A DNA stretch of 30,463 nt from Armatimonadia bacterium. Lineage in GTDB: Bacteria > Armatimonadota > Zipacnadia > Zipacnadales > UBA11051. This document shows, in pieces, positions 8,001-17,000 of the stretch (positions are counted from its first letter, which is position 1; every line of letters begins with the position of its first letter). The stretch spans positions 1 to 30,463 of the forward strand of contig JBDKRC010000238.1 of NCBI GenBank assembly GCA_039683575.1. The letters are read 5' to 3'. Both the position numbers and the translations under genes were made by a program. Below the pieces are notes generated by a model that was given only the letters and a program-made list of their open reading frames with translations, made no database searches and was not told where the DNA came from.

Positions 8001-11000
8001 CTGTGCGTCAACAGAGTGGTACTCCTTCGGCACCTCGTCGAAGGCAGTGACGGCGAAGTAGTACGTCCGATTGGGCGTCAGCCCCGTGACCTCGAATGAG
8101 GTAGTTCCTGCGGCCACTGTACCAGCCAGAGTCTTGCCGCTGGTACTGTCGAAGTCCGAAGTGCTGTACCAGATGTTGTAGCCGGCCACATCGACCTGAG
8201 CGGCTTCGTCGTAGGTATCCCAGCGGACGTTCACGGTACGACCGTGGTCGCCGCTTGCCAATTCCAGGGCGCTACCGATCCTGGCCGGCGCGGTGGTATC
8301 AACCACCATCGCGGTATCCGTTGACTGATCCGGTGTCGTAGCACCGCCATCATCGGGGTCGATGTACTGGACGCCGATCTGCTGGCCAGTCGCACCTGAG
8401 ATGACGTTCAGGAAGCCGTCGTTTACCGCTCCGGGGCGACCCAGGGTCGGCAGAGTTCCGAGGAACCAGCCGGAATTGGCACGGGTCTCGGTGAGAGTCA
8501 CAGTCTCGTGGTCCCCACCGGCCTCGGCAACGGTCACCTGTACGGTCTCGGCGACTGCCGGGTTCATGTTCTGGTCGAGGTCCCTGACCTTGATGTAGAT
8601 CGTGGAGCCCTCTTCATAGGTCGCGACATTGACGTCAGCCGCATTCCGGAACCATACCTGGCTGGCCACGCCGATGACCGGGCCTGTGGCAATGCCCGTA
8701 TCAGGTAGCCGAGCGCCTGCCTGGCAACTGAAGAAGTGGCCATGGCCGCCGAGGCCAAGCTCGCTGCCTTCGACGCTGCAGGCGTACTGGATGCCGTCGC
8801 GGGCGTTATTGTCCGTGGCGTCCACCTTATACATGTCCTTGACCAAGCCGGTGCTGAAGGTGCAGCGGACCCATCCGGGCTGGTCGTTCTCGGCATCAGT
8901 GTAGGTAACGGTCAGCTCGAAGTGAGTGTCTGTGGCCCCGTACAACGGATCGGGGTTGTACTGTGGGTTCGATAGGGTTGGCAGCTGGTTGCCGACATTC
9001 ACGATGAAGTTCTGAACCGCGCTCCATGGCGACTGAGCACCGAACTGGTCCACAGTGCGTACACGCCAGTACCACGTTGTGAGGTCTGTCAACGCGGTGG
9101 TCGGTATGACCTGGGTTGTGTTGACCGCAGTGGAGTACTGGTAGGATACGGTGCTGAAGTTCGCCAGTCGCGATAGTTCTACGATATAGCGCAGCGTGCC
9201 CGCGCTATCCTTGGGGTCGGGGTCCGAAGCCGCGTTCCACAGTATGGTCGGCTTGGTCGTCGGCACAGTCTCGCCGTTAGCCGGGTCGAAACCGGTGGTG
9301 GGAGCCAACGGTGCCTGGTTGGCGAGATTCACCCAGAACATGTGCGGAACAGTCCAGTCTGAGGGCAGACCGCCGGAGTCCACTGACCGCACGCGCCACC
9401 AGTACTGCGTGTTGTCCGTCAGGTTGGCCGTGCAGGTGGCCAGTTGTGTATTTACGTCAGTAGCAGTCTCGAAGACGTACGGACCGTTCGCAAGGTCCGA
9501 CACGCTGTTGAGTTGCACTTCGTAATGTATGGTGCTAATGGTGTCGTTGGGATCGGGATCCGGCACCGCGGGCATGGCCCAGCTGAGCGTCGGATTGGCG
9601 GTGTTGAGCTCCTCATCGTCGAGGGGATCAAACGGCGCGATCGGCGTCGCCGGCCGGCGGTTGGCGATGATCACAAAGGACTGCCGCGCCGACCATGCCG
9701 ATTGTAGCGCACCGGCGTCACGCGTTCGCACGCGCCAGTAGTAGGTTGTGCCTTCCTGCAGTGGCGTCGTTGGCGCACATAGCAGTTCGGCCGCACCGAT
9801 TGCCGAGTACCGCTCATACAACGGGCTGCTGAAGTCCCGGTTGTCGTCAACCTGCACCAAGTAGCGAAGCGTAGCCGGGACGTCATCGGCGTCGGGATCA
9901 GTCGCTGCGGTCCATGTCAGCAGCGGGGTGAGGTCGGAGATGCCGATGCCACCGGTCGGGCTGAAGCCACCGGGAACGGCGTTCGGCGGCTGGTTCTCAC
10001 CAATCGCGAACGACTGCGTCGGGCTCCAGGCTATGGACCGGAGGTTGCTGTCATCAACTGTTCTCACACGCCAGTAGTAAGTGGTCCCCAGCGTCAAGGG
10101 CAGGGTGCCGGGTACCGTCGCGTAGGTTCGGCCGGCGATAGTGAGCTGGTACCAGTAGTAGGTGCCACCGGGTGCCGGTGACGGGAAGGTCGCGTTGCTC
10201 GACAACTCCACCTCGTAGCGGAGCGTATCGGGCGTGTCATCAGCATCGGGGTCGGTGGCAGCATTCCAGCGCAAGGTTGGAGTCAGGCTGCTGACATTGC
10301 CACCGCCAGCGGGCGAGAACCCGGAGTTGGGAGCTGCGGGCTCATGCGCCTCAGTGTCGAGGTTGAAGTGCTGAATCGCGCTCCAGCCGGACCAGGCACC
10401 GTCGTTGTCGAGGGTGCGCACGCGCCAGTACCTCTTCGTCTTGTCGGTGAGCGCTGTCACAGGGGTGACAGTGGTCGTACCGGCCGTCGTGGTCGGCAGC
10501 ACGTAGTTGACGGTGCTGAAGTTGGCCAGCGTTGAGAGCTGAACCTGATAGCGCAGGGTGCCAGCCGGATCCGAGAAGTCCGGATCAGTGGCAGCATCCC
10601 AGGAGAATGTTGGCGTCGTGTCGGTGACGCCTGCGCCGAGGACGGGCACGAAGCCTGTCGCCGGCGCCTTCGGCGCATCATTACCGGTGTTCACCCAGAA
10701 GTCCTGGATGTTCGTCCACGCGGACTGCGCGCCCTGACGGTCGATGGCCCGCACGCGCCAGTAGTAGTGCGTGTCGTCGGTCCACACGGCCGCAGGGATG
10801 TCGATTGAGGACTGACCCTCGGGCGTGGTGCCTGTGAAGACCATAGCGCCCTGGGCGAAGTCGGCGGCGTCGCGGACCTGAACCTCGTACTTGATCGTGT
10901 CGATTGTGTCGGACAGGTTCGGGTCTGGCGGAGCAGGTGGGTTAGGATTGTTCCAACTTAGCGACGGCGGGCTGACTTCGATGCCACCACTGGGCACATA

Positions 11001-14000
11001 GGCTTCAGCCGGCACAGCCGGCGCCATGTTGGCGACGACCCGGAAGTTGGCGGTGGGCGTTGACCACGTCGGGCAGACCAGATTCTTGCTGTCTACCGCG
11101 CGGACGCGCCAGTAATAGGTTACGCCGACTGTCAGGTCGGTCGGCACATCGAAGTACGGAGCCAGCGGGTCGGCCGGCGTAAGCAGCGTCTCCGGTACTT
11201 CGGGTGAACTGAAGTTGATGTTGTTGTCCACCATGATGTAGTAGCGCATGGTGGCGGCAGTGTCGTCTGCATCCGGGTCCGGCGGCGTCGCCGGCAGCCA
11301 ACTGAGCCGCGGGGTCTGGTCCGAGACCGTCGCGCCGCCGCTCGGGGCGAAGCCTGAGGTGATCTGGTTGGGAGCGCGGTTGTCGACCACGGTGAACCGC
11401 TGGCCGGCACTCCAGGCCGACCGCAGGCCGCTTTGGTCGATGGTCCGCACGCGCCAGTAGTAGGTGCTGCCGACAGTCAACGGGTCGGCAACGGTGGCGA
11501 AGGTCTCACCAGCCGCGGTGGGTCCACCGGGCCAGAAGTACGGAGTCATGGCGAAGCCGGCGTCCGACGCCACCTGCACCTCATAGCGCAGTGTAGCGGG
11601 CAGGTCAGCAGCATCGGGATCGGTAGCCGCAGTCCACGACAGCCTGGGCGTCGTGCTGCTGACCGACTGGCCAGTGGCCGGCACCAGGCCGGTGGGCACG
11701 GTCGGGGCGTTCGCGGCGCTGTTGACCTGCAGCGTCTGAGTGGCGCTCCAGCCGGACTGCGCACCGTCATTGTCAACCGCGCGCACGCGCCAGTACCAGG
11801 TCACGCCGTCCGTCAGCGGGCCAATGTTGGCCACGCTGGGCGTGCCGGCGGCGGTGGTGTAGGTGAAGGGGACAGTAGTGAAGCTCGTCGACCGCGACAG
11901 CTGTACGTTCCACTGCACACCCACGATGGGGGCAGCCGACGTGGCGCCGTCGAACGGGTCGGGATCGGGATCGGTGCTGTTGTCCCAACTCAGCGTCGGG
12001 CGCAGGTTGGCTGTGGTGCTGCCGGTGGGCGGGTCGAAGCCTGCCACCGGCGCCGTCGGCGCGTCATTTTGGGTGTTGACCCAGAAGTCGCCGACCGCGG
12101 ACCAGGACGAGGTCGCCAGACCCCGGTCCTTCGTCCGCACCTGCCAGTAGTAGTGGGTGTTATCCGTCAGCGCCACAGACACGTTGGCCGACGTCACACC
12201 CTCATCGGTGGTGTAGGTCCAGTCCGGGGTTGTCCCGAGGTCGCTGCCAGCCTTGAGACGGATCTCATACTTGAGGGTGGGAGCACCGTCCGAGGTGTCG
12301 GGGTCGGTTGCTGCGTTCCAGCTCAAGAGCGGCGTGGCGGTTGTTACCTCGACCTCCTGGCCGCCGACCTGGATCGGCGAGACCAGCGTCGGCGCGTTGG
12401 GCTGGTGGTTGAGAGCCATCCGGAAGTTATCATTCGCGGAACTCGTCCACGCTCCGGCCAGGCCTTTGCTGTCAATGGCCTGGATGCGCCAGTAGTAGCG
12501 CACTCCGACGCTCAGCGAGGCCGAGACGTCGAGATACGGGTTCGCCGGGTCCACAAAGGCCGGCGGGGGCACCGTGGCCGTGAACTCAGGGCTGCTGAAG
12601 TTGCTGTTGTCGTCTACCTGTACGTTGTACTTCAGCGTTCCGATCGTGTCGTCGAGGTCCGGATCGGGCAGGCCGGCGAAGCGCCAGACCAGCCGCGGGG
12701 CGCCGGTTACGTCGGTGCCACCGATGGGCGATACGGTCGTCGGCACATTCGGCGCGTTGTTGGCGACAACAGTGAATGAGGCGGCTGCGCTCCAGCCGGA
12801 CCGCAGGTTGTCGGTGTCAATCGTGCGCGCGCGCCAGGAGTAGGTCGCGCCCTGCAGCAGCGGCGCGCCTGCCGGGATGTCAACCCACGTCTGGCCGCTG
12901 ACGCCGGAGGCGAGGAACTGATAGTAGGTGCCCGCAACTGCGAAGGTGTTGTCCGACGCGACCTCCACCTCGTACCGCAGTTCAGCCTGCGTATCGGGAG
13001 GCGTGTCGAGCGGGGAGTCGCTCGCCGCGGTCCACGACAGGCGTGGCGTGGTTGTGCTGACATTCCCGCCGTTCGGGGTGAGACCGGTGGGCGCCGACGG
13101 CGCGTTCGTGGTTATGTTGATGGTGAACTGCTGCGCCGCGCTCCACGGGGACTGCGCGCCCAGATCGTCAACTGTTCGGACGTGCCAGTACCACATTTCC
13201 TGCGACAGCGCCACGGGCACTGTGAAGGTCGGGTTCCCGGCGGCAACCCGTGCCGCGGGATAGTAGGTGTACGCCGGGTTGGTGAACGAGCCGTCCGGGT
13301 TCGCCGGAGTTAGCGAAAGCTCGATAACCCAGCTCACACCGCGGGTCTGCGGCACAAGGGCGTTGGTGAAGGCGCCCTGATACGGGTCGGGATCGGGATC
13401 GCCGCTGTTGTCCCATGAGAGGGTCGGCGTCGTGTCATTGGTGGTGGAAGCGTTGACGGGCTCGAAACCGGCCGTCGGCGCCACCGGGGCGTTGTTGATC
13501 GTGTTGACGAAGAAGTCCTGCGGCGTCGTCCACGCGGACACGACTCCATCGTCATCCGGGTCCACTGCCCGGACGCGCCAGAAGTAATGGCCGTTGTCCG
13601 ACAGGTCCGTGGTGATCGGCAGGGTGATCGGCAGGGTCACCGGGGCCGTCGGCGCGAACGGCGTCGCGGTCTCGAAGACATAGCCGCCGGCGGCGAAGTC
13701 CACGCCAGCGCCAGGAATGGTCTCCAACTTCACCTGGACCTGGTACTTGATGTTATCAAGCGTGTCCTGCGAGTCCGGATCCGGCGTCGCGGGCATTCGC
13801 CACGACAGCACCGGGTTGTCGGTGGTCTCTTCGATGCCGCCGCTGGGCGCGAAGGCCGCAACCGGCGTATACGGCGGGCGGTCATTGACCGGGCGGAAGC
13901 GAACCGTCGGGCTCCACGTCCCCTGGGCGCCGGCCTGATCAACCGCGCGCACGTGCCAGTAGTAGGTCGTGCCCCAGGTGAGGCCGTCGCCAGCGACGAC

Positions 14001-17000
14001 CAGGTACTGGGCGATGTCCGCCGCCCCGATCCAGAGGATCTCGGGCGAACTGAAGTCGGAGTTGTTGTCGACCTCGATCTGGTACTTGAGGGTCGCCGGC
14101 AGGTCGCTGGCGTCGAGGTCAGTGGTTTTGTCCCACTGCATGAGCGGGGTCTGCGTGGTGATCGTCTCCACGTTGGGAGCGAGATAACCCGGCGTCAGGC
14201 CGGTTGTGATCTGCACCGGCGGGCGGTTGGTTACCACGCGGAAGCGCTGTACTGGCGACCAGGGGCCTACCGCGTCCTGCGGATCGATGGCGCGAACTTG
14301 CCACCAGTAGTCCTGATCCAGCTTCAGCGGCGTCGTCACGTCGAACGTGATCTCGCCGTCGGATGTGAACCAACCTCCGGCGCTGACCGGGTTAGTGAAG
14401 GCCGCATTGTCGGCCAACAGAATCTCGTAGTGCAGCGAACTCTGGGGGTCGGTCGGATCCGGATCGGTCGCCGCGCCCCAACTCAGGGTCGGTGTGTCAT
14501 CACTGATCTGCTGGCTGCCACTCGGGGCGAAGGTCGGCTGCGGCGCTCCGGGCGGGCTGTTGGGAGTGATGATCTCAACGACCTGGGACTGCAGGGCCCA
14601 ACGCTCCGGCGGGGCTATCAACTGCCAGGTGGCCGGCGGGACGTCATATTCCACCAGGTCCTTGTATGCCGCGGTGTCGTTTACGTTGTTGACGAGCTGC
14701 ATGTAGCAGCTCAACTGCTTTGCAACTCCCGAGAGGTTGAGTTCTGTCCACTTCCCCTTCTCAGGGAACTCGATGCTCAACTGCAGAACCTTGGTCGTAT
14801 CGGCATTCGGAGCAACCTGGACAGTCAGGAAGAAGAATACCGGTGTACCCAGATCCACTTGCTGATTCAGGTTGGCGAAGGTCGCGCGGCCGTTGGTACC
14901 CGTCTGTGGCGTAAAGCTCGAGGTGCCGATGAGGGTATCTGACGCGGTGTCGAAAATCCCGTCGCCGGTGTCCTTCCACAGCTTGCAGTTGATCAGGTCG
15001 CTGACGCCGCTGAGGTAGTTGATGCCGCCGTTGTAGGCATCAACCATCAGGCTGTCGATGCGCGCCGAGCCGCCCACGCTGCCGACGCGTGGGGAGACCT
15101 CGGTCTTCAGCTTCATCATCGGCACGTCTACCTGGTCCTGGGCGGCCTTGGCAGGCATGTTGGTGGTGTCACTGGTCAGGACCAGCCGGTCGGGGTAGCT
15201 GTAGATCGGATTCGTCTTCGTGGACAGCGGGAACCAGAAGTCGCCGAACGCGTAGTCAGTGTTAGTGCGCTTGCGCTCCTGGACCGCGCCCGGCACGTTC
15301 GGGACTACGAAAGTGTAGTCCGAGAGTTTGGCGCCCAACGTGATGCGAGGGTTCGTCTGAGCGTTGGGGGCGATGTCATACGCGATGTAGAGAATCTTGG
15401 CCGGGTCGGTCGCACCGCGCAGCGGCACAATGTAGCCAAGGTTGTTGAAAGTGGCGATGTCACTCGACAGGGTGGTAACGCCGATGCGAGTGTCAGGCGT
15501 GGTCACGGGGGGGGTCGCGTTGAGGTCCACGGTGGGCTGGAAACCGACGGTGCCGTTCGTTTCCGTCCACAGGGTCACCTGGCTGACGGTCGAGTCAGTG
15601 CCGTTGGTACCAGACTCTCGCACGCGCAACTGGTTGATGGTGACCGCGCCAGTGGACATGTTGGGCGCGGCGCCGTCGTTGTCCACGACGAGCGCCATGA
15701 CGCCGACATTGGTGTCGCCCTGCCGCAGGGTCTTGGCGCCGAAGTCAATGTAGTAGTTTTTGTAGGGATCGGTCGCGTCGGTCGGATCAATGTCCCGAAC
15801 GATGATTTCGCGCGGCTTGACATAGACGTCAGCCGTCATGTTCACGCTGGGGTCGCTGATGTTGGCCACGCGGACGAAGCTGTCGGTAGGCGACCCCGGC
15901 TCGATCACGCGCGTGCCCACGCCACTTGTATCGTCAGCCAGCCCATGGCTCCAGCTTGAGGGGTTGCTGAGCTGGGTGAAGTTCTTGTTGGTTATCCCGA
16001 ACGGGTCGTTGGTGGTCGTCCCGTTGTTGCCGCGAGCGTTGTTGTCAAGCTCATGCTGTCCGTCGGCCTGCTCGACCGCAACCGTCAGCGCTCGCTCCTC
16101 GACCTGGAAACCTGTCTGCTGAGAAAGTGTCTTGAGGGCCGTGTCTCCGGCTACGGGAGCATCGTATTGATACCCGCGGGGCAGGTAGTGGAAGTTGCGC
16201 TTGTCGATGTGGAAGATGTACAGACCCGCTGTAGACAGGTCACCATAGTAATTCTGGCCCACCTTGCTGCGGTTCTCCAGCAGATAGTACTCCTGCCAGT
16301 TGTCTGCCGAAGTACCGTCTCGCAGGTAGTAGGGGTCTGCCGGTATCTTGTAGATGACCGGGTCTTCAAGCGCCGTTTCTGACGCCGGGATCTCGGCGTG
16401 CGGGCGGTCCTCGACAACCGGGATGATCTGCGCCCAACCAAGTTGTTCGAGATGGAAGGGATCAATCCGGTTGGCGTCATCGATATTGTTGGTGAGATTC
16501 TGGCGGCCTTCTGCTGACATAACGCTGTATGGGCCAAGTGTGGCGCATTCGAAGAAAGCCGGGATGGGTTGCGGCAGGACGTAGTCATTGTTGACATTGT
16601 CGTTGTCATACAGGTTGACCAAGCCGAGGGTGTGAGCGACTTCATGGGCCGCCAAGCCTAACCCTGCAATATGCGGGATCATGACATCGGTCTGGTTGGT
16701 GGCTTCCCAGGTCGCGGCGTGCGGGATGATCTCCAGTCCAGTGTTGTTTTCGAACGCGCTGTTCAGTGCAGCCCCGCCACGGGGAGTGAGATCCTGCGGA
16801 TAGACGAAAACGATCTGATTGAAGTAGGTCGTGTTGATCCCCTGGTCCTGCATTATGTTGCGGATGTCGGTCCGCATCTGCAGGGCTGAGTGGGTGCTGC
16901 CCATTCCTCGAGGCGTGGTGGGAAAGACCAGTCCGCCATGCCACTGGCTTCCAGTGATGTCGCTCTTGTCGAAGTCGAAGGGATACGGCCTGTCCCGGCG

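Noticed and set aside
8994-14564. CRISPR array, DGR template/variable repeats, or RTX/Rhs toxin repeats
   Set aside because: The repeats are in-frame protein domains diverged in DNA. There are no identical repeats with spacers, no reverse transcriptase, and no GGxGxD or YD motifs.
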